Of a DNA stretch of 59,090 nt, positions 48,811-57,409 are shown piece by piece. Made by a program: the position numbers and the translations under genes. The DNA comes from a bacterium (GTDB taxonomy: Bacteria; Bacillota_I; Bacilli_A; RFN20; CAG-826): NCBI GenBank assembly GCA_963643345.1, contig CAVIJK010000005.1:1-59090 (forward strand), read 5' to 3'. Position 1 is the stretch's first letter; every line of letters starts with the position of its first letter. Under the pieces are notes generated by a model. It ran no database searches, was not told where the DNA came from, and saw only the letters and a program-made list of their open reading frames with translations.

Positions 48811-49179
48811 TCATAGTGAAGAATAAATAAGAATGTAACAAAACATCAATGCAACGGTAAACACGCTTCCGAGAACAATACCCGTGATACATCTGCCCCT
48901 GTATTTGTGTTCTTTATCTAATATCAAACACGCAATTCCCGACCCTATTGCCAACGGCCCTTGGCAAAGGAAGAAAATCGCTCCACATAAAACAGAGACC
49001 AAAGAGAGCATTTTTAAAAGCCAATTAGGCGCACCAGATTTCTTTGGTGTCGGTTGAACAGAAGGAGTGTCTATCACATTTTCCGCCACGGTTTCTTTCT
49101 TTTCGAGTTTACCGCCGCAGGATTCGCAGTAATTATCTTCTTCTCTAACTGGTTTCCCACAATATGGACAAAATTTCAT
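48811..49179 (-). CDS. Zinc-ribbon domain membrane protein
   Basis: It has an N-terminal ribbon (MKFCPYCGKPVREEDNYCESCG) followed by hydrophobic helices. Confidence 0.7.
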   Translation of the reverse strand: MKFCPYCGKPVREEDNYCESCGGKLEKKETVAENVIDTPSVQPTPKKSGAPNWLLKMLSLVSVLCGAIFFLCQGPLAIGSGIACLILDKEHKYRGRCITGIVLGSVFTVALMFCYILIYSSL

Positions 49180-49183
49180 AAAA

Positions 49184-50119
49184 CTATTTTCCTAAGATGG
49201 AATTAATTATAGCGGTTTCTTCGTTTAAGTTCTCCGATATCGGTTTCCCGTAATAGTATGCAGCCATTAATCCCGGCCCCACATTGATGCCATCAATTCG
49301 ATAAACGTCGGTGATGATGATTTCGGCTGGATGGAATTTTTCTTCAATTAGTTCCTTAAATTCCTCGGCATATTTTCTTCTATTTGTCTGGGCGATGAAA
49401 ATTATTTGATGTTCTGGATCGATAATAGTCTTTTCGATATAAGCAAGAGACGCCTCATAAGCCTTTTTCGCCCCTTTGGCTTTACCAATAACGGTGGTTA
49501 AGCCATTTTTGTTGATATCACCCATTGGCTTGATGCCAACTAGTTGTCCCATAAAAGCTTTGAAGTTATTTATTCTTCCTTTTTTAGCCAAGAACGAGAG
49601 GTCGTCCATCCAACCCATTTGGTGATAACAATTTTTATTGGCCTCAACCCAAGCAGATGTTTCCTCAAATGTTTTTCCTTCATTTCTTAGAATGGAAGCT
49701 TTGACCGCGATTGCACCGAAAGCGGTTGAATATCTTGATGAGTCAATGACGCTGATTTTAGCTTCTGGGTGTTTCGCCAAAACCTGTTCTTGTGCGATCT
49801 TGAAAAAATTATGCGTTCCAGATAACGCGGATGAAAGAGTGATGCACAATAATTCTAAAGTTCCCTCGTTAATGTGTTTCTCGAAAATCGCGGCGACTTC
49901 ATCAGGCGAACATGGTGCGGTTGTGTAGCCTTTTGGGTTCTTTTTCAAATCGGTGTAGAAAACCACTGCTTCTTCTTCGCTATCCCAATGGCACTTACCG
50001 ATATGTTCCTGGCCATCTGGCGTTTTATAGTGTCCATCTAGGACAAGAATGTTATACTTTTTCTGGAGTTCCTCGCTTAAGTCGCAAGTAACATCACAGA
50101 TGATTGCAAAATTAGACAT
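49184..50119 (-). CDS. DegV-family fatty-acid-binding protein
   Basis: Supporting segments are FAIICDVTCDL...TTAPCSPDE...LSSALSGT. An AAGGAG SD lies upstream. Confidence 0.9.
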   Translation of the reverse strand: MSNFAIICDVTCDLSEELQKKYNILVLDGHYKTPDGQEHIGKCHWDSEEEAVVFYTDLKKNPKGYTTAPCSPDEVAAIFEKHINEGTLELLCITLSSALSGTHNFFKIAQEQVLAKHPEAKISVIDSSRYSTAFGAIAVKASILRNEGKTFEETSAWVEANKNCYHQMGWMDDLSFLAKKGRINNFKAFMGQLVGIKPMGDINKNGLTTVIGKAKGAKKAYEASLAYIEKTIIDPEHQIIFIAQTNRRKYAEEFKELIEEKFHPAEIIITDVYRIDGINVGPGLMAAYYYGKPISENLNEETAIINSILGK

Positions 50120-50137
50120 AAATCCGACTCCTTAATT

Positions 50138-50166
50138 TAATGAACAAATTATACTAAAGTGTTCAT
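50138..50166. promoter_or_regulatory. 8-bp inverted repeat AATGAACA-N13-TGTTCATT bracketing the degV -10 box (candidate operator)
   Basis: The repeat was read directly from the sequence. The minus-strand TATAAT is at 50152-50147. Confidence 0.35.
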
Positions 50167-50215
50167 TATTTGTGTAGTATAACTTTAGTTATCTTTTTTT
50201 GAAAGAGAGATTGAC

Positions 50216-51184
50216 ATGCCACTTCCAGTATTGATTATCTTAATTATTGCAGGAGCGATCCTTGCATTTTTCTTGTTTGGCGTTCTTCCAGTTTTGCCAA
50301 TTGCCATCAAAGTTCACCGCATGCAGCTCATTCGAGGGGGAGAAAACACTTGGAATAGAGAATGTTCATGTCTAACGAACGAAGAGCAAGTCCGCATGTG
50401 GAACGAAGGACAAGAATGGTTTGAAGGTGTCAAAGACAAATGCGAGGAGATTGCAATCACATCTTACGATGGGTTGAAACTCGCCGGTCAATACTTCAAC
50501 TTCGGTGGGAAAAAATGCGTGATAATCCTCGGCGGTAGATGCGAGACCGTCGGATATTCTTACTACTATGCAAAACCATATGTTGAATTAGGCTACAACA
50601 TTCTTCTCATCGATCCTAGGGCACACGGCTTGTCAGATGGTAAAGTGAATTGCATAGGAATTAAAGAGCATAAAGACACAATCAAATGGATGGAACTAGC
50701 ACACGATAAATACGGAAATGAAAAGGTTTTGTTGCACGGTATTTGCATTGGTTCGGCAAATTCGATGTACACCGCAACAAGCAAACATTGCCCTTCATAT
50801 CTGGAAGGAATCATTGTCGATGGAATGTATCGCAACTTCTACGACACTTTCGCGTTGCATATGAAACAAATTAATAGACCCGTCTTCCCATTTTGCTTGC
50901 TCGTCATGTTTATAATCCAATTTTATGCCGGCAAAAACCCAATAACATTCTGCCCTGGAAGATTGGTTAAGAAATACAAAGGAAATCTTCTGATGATTCA
51001 TTCGAAACTTGATTCGTTTTCTGAACCGAGAAGAGCGGTTAAGATGTTCGAGTCATGCCCTTCCGAACATAAGAAGATCGTTTGGTTTGACAAGGGAGCA
51101 CACTCGCACGTGCGCATTAACAATGTGGACAAGTACGATGCCACAATAAAGGAATATGTCCAGGAAATCAGTTCCAGAGAATAA
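50216..51184 (+). CDS. Membrane-anchored alpha/beta hydrolase (COG1073-like) with G-x-C-x-G nucleophile elbow
   Basis: It has an N-terminal TM helix. The elbow LLHGICIGSA has Cys (TGC 50744-50746) where the family normally has Ser. Confidence 0.85.
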   Translation: MPLPVLIILIIAGAILAFFLFGVLPVLPIAIKVHRMQLIRGGENTWNRECSCLTNEEQVRMWNEGQEWFEGVKDKCEEIAITSYDGLKLAGQYFNFGGKKCVIILGGRCETVGYSYYYAKPYVELGYNILLIDPRAHGLSDGKVNCIGIKEHKDTIKWMELAHDKYGNEKVLLHGICIGSANSMYTATSKHCPSYLEGIIVDGMYRNFYDTFALHMKQINRPVFPFCLLVMFIIQFYAGKNPITFCPGRLVKKYKGNLLMIHSKLDSFSEPRRAVKMFESCPSEHKKIVWFDKGAHSHVRINNVDKYDATIKEYVQEISSRE

Positions 51185-52034
51185 AAAGAGAATCGCTTTT
51201 TTCTCAATGGATGTCGAATCTTTTTATGATGCTTCTTTTTTGCTTCCATTAAACATCGAAAGGAAGCGGGAATTTTCATGTGAAGAAACGGTTAAATCTT
51301 ATGTAGATTTGCTTGATGAATTCGGAATAAAAGGAACCTTCTTTACATTGGAGTCATCTTTGGATGAGGCTGAGCCATATTTAAAATACGCCATAAAACA
51401 CGGGCACAATATAGGATTGCACGGCAAAACGCATCAGAATGTTTTATCAATGTCAGAAGAGGATTTTAGAGAACAAATTAAATCCGCAAAAGAAGCGATA
51501 GAAACAAGACTAGGAGTTCCTTGTGAAGGCTATAGAGCACCCAACTTCGGCATCACGGACAAGAAACTCGATATAATACATGAATTGGGCTTTAAATACG
51601 ATTCATCTTTCTTAGATTTTCCGCTTGAATTCGGCGTTGGAAAAATCGATTTATCGAATGCTGATAAAATAACGGACTGCGTATATAAAAAGAATGGCGT
51701 GATAGAGTTTAAGATGTCCGTTTTAACCTTAGGAAACAATGAAAACATTCCAGTTTCAGGTGGCGGATATCTAAGGCTTGTACCAAAAATTCTCATGAAA
51801 AATTGGTTGCGAAGGTACACCAGACAGCACTCTACTTTCGTTTTTTATGTGCATCCATTTGAAATATCTTCAAAAAAACTACCCAAAATTAAAGAAATCT
51901 CATTGATCAGGAATATGTATTTGAGGCTTTTTACAAAAAGGCATTTGAAGAGAATAAGGAATCTTATTAAGTGGCTGCAGAAACAAGGTTTTGAATTTAA
52001 AAACATGGGTGATGTTGCCAATAGCGAAATATAG
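51156..52034 (+). CDS. Polysaccharide deacetylase family protein (NodB-like with DUF3473-type C-terminus)
   Basis: Supporting segments are IAFFSMDVESFYD, GTFFTL, GHNIGLHGKTH and YRAPNF. It overlaps the upstream gene by 29 nt. Confidence 0.8.
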   Translation: MSRKSVPENKKRIAFFSMDVESFYDASFLLPLNIERKREFSCEETVKSYVDLLDEFGIKGTFFTLESSLDEAEPYLKYAIKHGHNIGLHGKTHQNVLSMSEEDFREQIKSAKEAIETRLGVPCEGYRAPNFGITDKKLDIIHELGFKYDSSFLDFPLEFGVGKIDLSNADKITDCVYKKNGVIEFKMSVLTLGNNENIPVSGGGYLRLVPKILMKNWLRRYTRQHSTFVFYVHPFEISSKKLPKIKEISLIRNMYLRLFTKRHLKRIRNLIKWLQKQGFEFKNMGDVANSEI

Positions 52035-52118
52035 AAATCATCAATCGGAAAAACGTCAAAACTCTCATCGTCCACCAAACAACCGAATGTCTATATTGAA
52101 TAACGTTTTTCCATAACC

Positions 52119-54560
52119 GTGTTATCTATGCAAGTGAAAATGTGCTATTATGCACTCATGGTTTTTTTGTATTCCCTTGTAGGCTTTATCTGTTCATACA
52201 CAATCCTCAAAGTTGGAACGTTCCTTTTTAATTTAATAAAAAAGAAGGAGATGGGCATAAAATCTCTTTTTTTGCGTTCACTTCCAGACGATGTGGTTAC
52301 CTTATGTTTTAACTTTGTTATCGCTTTGATTATATTCCTGTTATTCAAAGGAACGTATGCATTCAATGCTATATGCATGTTTTTTGTTTTTTCATTATTG
52401 CTACTGCTAATTTCGCCATATTCGACATTGAAAAAAGCCGTTACATCACGAGATTTTAAGAGCCGTCGTTTATGGTGCGGTTCTCTTGCCGTAGCGCTGA
52501 TGGTATTGGAAGTATTCGCATTCAATGCTGCGGGCTTGAATCAAAAAGGTGATGAGATTTTCTATTCGCTTTCGGATACATCCGTCATCGCAAAAACGAA
52601 CACGCAGGATAACAAGGATGGCACCCACACCATAACAACGGGTGCTTCTTTCGTGGTTAGCGGGCTAGATCAGCACAAGAATGAGGTGCTCCAGCTGTGT
52701 TTTAAAGACGCCCCGAGTTCTTTGAGTACAGTAACTTTCTATTCGCAGATAGAAAATACATACAAATGGCAAACACTTATGTCCTATGATATCAACCCAA
52801 GCATAAGCGAGAATTGTCAAATCAGGATTCCAACGACTGTCACAGCCACTTCAAAAATCACAATTTCAATCGATTCCGGCCGCAACGTAACTCCGAGTAA
52901 TCTTACGTTGACTGGTTTTAAAATCAATTCACATATTTTATTCTTGTTTTCCCCTCTTCGTTTTCTCGTATTGACCGGAATCGTTTATTTCTTCGCATAT
53001 CTTAGGGAAATCTTTTCTGCATCGAAAGAAAAACTGAGCCTAACTCCGACAAAAAGCAAGTTCACGCTAACACAGAAAGCTTATATATCTGCCGGTGCCA
53101 TTGGCATCGTCTCCACAATCGCTTTCATTATTATAGCTTTTGCCAACAAAGACTTCTTTTTCTATACAAAGGAATATGTCACAACCAATGTGCAAAATAA
53201 CGGACTCGTAGACATTTACGCGGATCTATTTCTATCATTGGCCAAAGGTTCGATTCGTCTAAACATAACACCATCGCAATCATTGCTGGCTGCAGAGGCT
53301 AACGGGCTGAATGTATATGACCGCGTCTTACGCTCAACTCAATCGATTAGCGCCGTATGGGATCACGCATATTATAAGGGGAACTACTACTGTTATTATG
53401 GCATTCTTCCTGCGATATTGGTTTATTTCCCTCTTTATTGGCTGAGCGGATGCACATTGATTCCACGCGCCATTACCGCTTCGATTATTGGCGAGATTCT
53501 ACTTGTCCCGGTTTTCTCCCTGCTCTTGCTTGAATTATCGAAGCTTACTGGAAAAAAAGAAAACATACGCCACTTTGTATTTGTCTTTGCTATCTCATTC
53601 ATCACGTCCATGATGATTCCTTTGGTTACCTTTAAAGAAGGCTATTTTCACGAAAGCATCTACCATCTACCGATCGTATATGCACTGCTTAATCTAGATT
53701 TGTTCTTCCTATTTACGTTAAGAGCATATAGAAAAGAAAACAAGAGGCTTTGGAATCTTCTATTGGCGGGTCTTGCCTACGTCTTCATTATCGCTTGCAG
53801 GCCAAATCTTTGCTTCTCAGTTTTGATAGTTGCACCACTATTCATCAAAATGCTCTTCTTCGATAAAAAGAAATTCTCAAAACGCTTATTGGATTTCCTA
53901 CCAATGTTCGGCGTTTTAATCGTAGGAGCGGTTTTAATTTGCTTATACAATTACGCTAGATTCGATTCGATATTTGAATTTGGGCAATCCTATCAAATAA
54001 ACAACGACCAAACCCATCTTACTTATTCTTCAGACAAGCTTTTCCCATCTATCATTCATTGGCTCTTCCAGGGACCGGTTTTCTATGATGAATTCCCGTT
54101 TATTTCCTGTTCAGTCATGAAACTTTCTTTTGACAATGTCCCATACAATCAAGGGTATTATGGTGTTTTGCTGGTTCCATGCTTCTGGCTCGCTTTTATA
54201 AATGTATTCTTATACAAAAAAGACAATTGGGTACGCTCAATGGTTGGCATTATACCTCTATTCATCATTCTTGAAGCTTTCACAACATATTCAAAAGCGG
54301 GAATATGTGCTAGATATTTGCTTGAAACATACCACATAGCAACACTAGGTTCCGCCTTTGCGTATTTCATGATATTAGGGGATTACGAAAACAAAAAAGA
54401 ACCGTCATTGAATACACCATTGTTTTTAAGTGCTATTGCTCTTTCCTCCGCATTTATTTGCTTTAACTTGTCTTACGATTCATTCGATGGGCAAAATATC
54501 GGAGACCTTGGTGGAATATTGGTTAAAATCAAAGAGGCTTTCTTGTCGTTCAATTACTAG
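52119..54560 (+). CDS. Large polytopic membrane protein, GT-C-like glycosyltransferase (putative)
   Basis: The protein is 813 aa with more than 12 TM helices and a beta-rich extracytoplasmic insert (about aa 140-270). It carries the motif VWDHAYYKGNYYCYYGILPAIL, as in PMT/ArnT/YfhO-type enzymes. The start is uncertain (GTG 52119, ATG 52128 or ATG 52140). Confidence 0.7.
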   Translation: MLSMQVKMCYYALMVFLYSLVGFICSYTILKVGTFLFNLIKKKEMGIKSLFLRSLPDDVVTLCFNFVIALIIFLLFKGTYAFNAICMFFVFSLLLLLISPYSTLKKAVTSRDFKSRRLWCGSLAVALMVLEVFAFNAAGLNQKGDEIFYSLSDTSVIAKTNTQDNKDGTHTITTGASFVVSGLDQHKNEVLQLCFKDAPSSLSTVTFYSQIENTYKWQTLMSYDINPSISENCQIRIPTTVTATSKITISIDSGRNVTPSNLTLTGFKINSHILFLFSPLRFLVLTGIVYFFAYLREIFSASKEKLSLTPTKSKFTLTQKAYISAGAIGIVSTIAFIIIAFANKDFFFYTKEYVTTNVQNNGLVDIYADLFLSLAKGSIRLNITPSQSLLAAEANGLNVYDRVLRSTQSISAVWDHAYYKGNYYCYYGILPAILVYFPLYWLSGCTLIPRAITASIIGEILLVPVFSLLLLELSKLTGKKENIRHFVFVFAISFITSMMIPLVTFKEGYFHESIYHLPIVYALLNLDLFFLFTLRAYRKENKRLWNLLLAGLAYVFIIACRPNLCFSVLIVAPLFIKMLFFDKKKFSKRLLDFLPMFGVLIVGAVLICLYNYARFDSIFEFGQSYQINNDQTHLTYSSDKLFPSIIHWLFQGPVFYDEFPFISCSVMKLSFDNVPYNQGYYGVLLVPCFWLAFINVFLYKKDNWVRSMVGIIPLFIILEAFTTYSKAGICARYLLETYHIATLGSAFAYFMILGDYENKKEPSLNTPLFLSAIALSSAFICFNLSYDSFDGQNIGDLGGILVKIKEAFLSFNY

Positions 54561-54566
54561 AGAAAC

Positions 54567-55508
54567 CTATTTTTCAAGTTTGCGTTTCTTCTCATCGTGC
54601 ACTCTTGAATATTCGTGACGGTATACGTTGCGATCATTGTTTTCTAATGCAGAGAGGATCAATCCGGTAAACAAGGCAATGATGCCGGTTAGGATGCAAA
54701 AACAGCAAACGATAAGCGTTGGGAAATTCGGAACGTTCCCTTGCTTAAAGTATGTGATGAACACCGGAATCAGAAAACCCACTCCCAACGCAATGAGAAT
54801 TGAGGCGATTATGCCAAAATATAAACGTGAGCGTCTGCTGCGAAAAAGAGAGAAAATAAGGAACAAAACCTTAAAACCGTCTTTGAACGTGTTCAATTTG
54901 GAGAAACTTCCGGCTGGACGATCTCTATAGCCAATTGTTAATGAGCTGAGTTTCAAACCATATACAGCGGAAAATATAGACATTTCGGTTTCGGTTTGGA
55001 ATCCATCGGATTTTGAAGGGAAGGTCTTCACGAACTCATAGGAGAACGCACGGAAACCCGTCATCATGTCCGCTATCTTCGCATGAAATAAGAAATTAAT
55101 GGATTTGCGAACCAATAAATTGCCAAGATTGTGGAATGGGCGTTTGTTCTCTGTGAGATATGCCCCGCCCAAGCGGTCTCCTACCACCATGTCATCACGA
55201 TCCTCTAAAACGCGTCTAGCCATTTCCGGTGCCGCGCTCATATCATATGTATCGTCTCCATCGACCATTATGTAGCATTCTGCGTCAATTTGTTCAAACA
55301 TCGACCGAACAACATTCCCCTTCCCTTGCTTATGTTCATATCGAACAATCGCACCAGCTCTGATGGCTTCTTCAACGGTGTTATCGGTGGAATTGTTGTC
55401 ATATACGTATATTTTTGCGTCAGGAAGCGCATTCCTAGTATCCGTAACAACTTTATAAATAGTTAACCCTTCGTTGTAGCAAGGGATTAAAACAGCAATT
55501 CTGTCCAT
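54567..55508 (-). CDS. GT2 polyprenyl-phosphate glycosyltransferase (GtrB/CsbB-like)
   Basis: Supporting motifs are IAVLIPCYNE, VYDNNSTDNT and VDGDDTY, plus two C-terminal TM helices. Confidence 0.9.
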   Translation of the reverse strand: MDRIAVLIPCYNEGLTIYKVVTDTRNALPDAKIYVYDNNSTDNTVEEAIRAGAIVRYEHKQGKGNVVRSMFEQIDAECYIMVDGDDTYDMSAAPEMARRVLEDRDDMVVGDRLGGAYLTENKRPFHNLGNLLVRKSINFLFHAKIADMMTGFRAFSYEFVKTFPSKSDGFQTETEMSIFSAVYGLKLSSLTIGYRDRPAGSFSKLNTFKDGFKVLFLIFSLFRSRRSRLYFGIIASILIALGVGFLIPVFITYFKQGNVPNFPTLIVCCFCILTGIIALFTGLILSALENNDRNVYRHEYSRVHDEKKRKLEK

Positions 55509-55727
55509 ATAGCAACATTCTTATACTTTCGATATTTTTTGCAAGACAAAAAAGCCTAAAAAGTTCAAAAAAACATCTTTTTTTATAAGATTGTTGCAAA
55601 ACACAAAACTCAGGCATTACGGCCTTGTGTTTTAGGCTATTTAAGGCAAGAAACCATTAAGAACCAGGAAATACACATCGGAGATACCTTGACACCTGCG
55701 AATGGCGATTTTCTATATAAAGCGGCA

Positions 55728-55769
55728 CAAAAAAAGCCGTACACCTAGCCAACTTGACTTATACACGGC
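55728..55769 (-). terminator. Strand-specific hairpin followed by a U-run
   Basis: On the minus strand GCCGTGTA pairs with TGTACGGC (two G-U pairs, which become A-C mismatches on the plus strand), followed by TTTTTTT. Confidence 0.5.
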
Positions 55770-55789
55770 ATTTTACTTTACGGACATTT

Positions 55790-55817
55790 TAATAAAAAGC
55801 AGTATTACAATACCGCT
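55790..55817 (-). terminator. Rho-independent terminator just after the LytTR relic
   Basis: On the minus strand the hairpin is AGCGGTAT-tgta-ATACTGCT, followed by TTTTATT. Confidence 0.6.
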
Positions 55818-55825
55818 CCAATTAT

Positions 55826-56100
55826 CTAGAAGGTTAAGACGTTGTATTTCTTGTAAAGCACCATGAAGTCCGATTTGACGGCCTGGATCTTTCTTCTCGA
55901 AATCGGAATTCTCTCTCCGGTCACGAGTATCGCAACTGACCCCTCAAATCCCGTGATTGCGAAGAAATTTGCCAAATATCCCTTGTGGATGCGCAAGAAA
56001 GCAAGCATCATTCCGATCGTTTATGCGCTCTATATCTGCCATCCGCCTGAAAGGGGAAAGAATCGTGCATGCTACTCGTCGCGATCGCGGCCGTGTTGCT
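55826..56100 (-). pseudogene. Relic of a LytTR-domain regulator gene
   Basis: The 61-aa ORF at 55826-56011 encodes only the C-terminal half of a LytTR domain (FLRIHKGYLANF...GERIPISRRK). Upstream frames are broken by stops or frameshifts, and there is no receiver domain. Confidence 0.55.
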
Positions 56101-56125
56101 TATCACGATAGCGGTTAGGTTGCTG

Positions 56126-56168
56126 AAATAAAAAAGGTTCCTCTCAGCTAAAACTGAGGGGAAAACCC
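56126..56168 (-). terminator. Strong rho-independent terminator downstream of the GGDEF gene
   Basis: On the minus strand the hairpin is GGTT(tt)CCCCTCAG-ttttag-CTGAGAGGAACC, followed by TTTTTTATTT. Confidence 0.65.
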
Positions 56169-56281
56169 AAAGCAACTTAATTATAACTTAGCTGCACTGA
56201 GGCACAAGCCTCAAGTGTGGCGGACATCCTTCCTCCGGCGGATGCCTCCGGAATATCGCATTTTAGAACACGCGACGGGGT
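56169..56281 (-). other. GC-rich (about 55-60%) structured segment between the GGDEF stop and its terminator (3' UTR element or unclassified small RNA)
   Basis: It contains the hairpin CACTGAGGC-acaa-GCCTCAAGTG (56196-56218), the imperfect hairpin GGACATCC...GGATGCC, and a CCTCCGG direct repeat (56227-56250). GC is far above the local background. Confidence 0.3.
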
Positions 56282-57409
56282 TTATCGATTCGCTCTCCCA
56301 AGCGCCTTCTCTTTCATTTCTTGTTTTATAAACGCTTTATTCTCGTACATCTTCGCATCGGCCTCGCGGATGACATCTTCATATGTCATCTTATCTTTTA
56401 TCACAGAGAATCCGGCAGCGATGGAATAACCATGGGCTTGGACGTCTTCCTGGATGAATCTGATGAGTTTATCAATGGCTCCAACATCTGCAGAATGATT
56501 GCCGAATAGAAGCACCGAAAACTCATCTCCGCCGATACGATAAGCGATTGCTTTCATATCGAATTCTTTTTTTAGTTTGTCAGTGTTGGCTTGAATGACT
56601 TTGCCGGCGGTGCCTAAGGCTTTATCCCCAGCTTCATGACCATAGGTATCATTCAATTCCTTCAAGAAATTGACATCTAATGATATGACCGCTTTAAGAT
56701 TCTTTCTTTGGGAAAGGTCTGTTTTGTATGTACTTCGATTAAATAATCCAGTAACAGCGTCGTATTTTGTTGGAATGATATATAAAGATAGATAGAACAT
56801 CAGAAGAGATAAGGTGATTGCGGTTGTTGTGCAATTTTTGAGTTCGGTATATGCCTCAATAACGACGCCTCCTAAGATGAACAAACCGGCAGGAATCAAG
56901 AACACTATCTCCTTGGCGTTCTTCTCTTTTATCATCTTGATTGCGGCATTTACGAACAAAACAACATAGTAAGCCGAAAAGATAATATAGGCGTATTTCA
57001 ACGGTCCGGAATGATAATTGTTGTGTTCGTCAAACCACGCATTCCAATGACTGTAGAACATGGTTGTATATATCAAGGCGTTCACTATGGCAGGGATACC
57101 AATACACATTTGCCATTTAAAACCTTTGACGAACAACGTGAGAATCATACCAATGAGCGCCACCTTGATTGAGTAACCCATATAGGATGAGATAACTCTC
57201 CACCAGGTGAACGTGTTTATGTTATTGGAAATCCAATAATCGAGCCAATCAAAAAAGGAACAGACAAATATCAACGGGATAAAAATCGAAAATATGTGCG
57301 CATATCTCTTCTCGTGGGATGGGAAAATTGCAAGGCAAAGACTTATGCAAGCAAGCATCGACAAGAGGATAAAATTATTAGCGAGATACGTTGTTAAAAA
57401 ATCTTGCAT
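56282..57409 (-). CDS. Membrane-bound diguanylate cyclase (about 7 TM + GGDEF)
   Basis: Supporting motifs are DAVTGLFNRSTY, NDTYGHEAGD and RIGGDEFSVLL. ATG 57409 is preferred because the ORF-track GTG 57586 lies inside the upstream terminator hairpin. Confidence 0.85.
   Translation of the reverse strand: MQDFLTTYLANNFILLSMLACISLCLAIFPSHEKRYAHIFSIFIPLIFVCSFFDWLDYWISNNINTFTWWRVISSYMGYSIKVALIGMILTLFVKGFKWQMCIGIPAIVNALIYTTMFYSHWNAWFDEHNNYHSGPLKYAYIIFSAYYVVLFVNAAIKMIKEKNAKEIVFLIPAGLFILGGVVIEAYTELKNCTTTAITLSLLMFYLSLYIIPTKYDAVTGLFNRSTYKTDLSQRKNLKAVISLDVNFLKELNDTYGHEAGDKALGTAGKVIQANTDKLKKEFDMKAIAYRIGGDEFSVLLFGNHSADVGAIDKLIRFIQEDVQAHGYSIAAGFSVIKDKMTYEDVIREADAKMYENKAFIKQEMKEKALGRANR

Noticed and set aside
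56169-56281. The GC-rich element as SRP RNA or RNase P RNA. CCGGAGGAAGGATGTCC loosely recalls GGUCCGGAAGGAAGC of SRP and GAGGAAAGUCC of RNase P.
   Set aside because: The matches are short and inexact. The GNRA tetraloop context of SRP domain IV is absent. Other universally conserved RNase P blocks (for example ACAGAA and GGUAAAC) are absent. The segment is also too short for RNase P.
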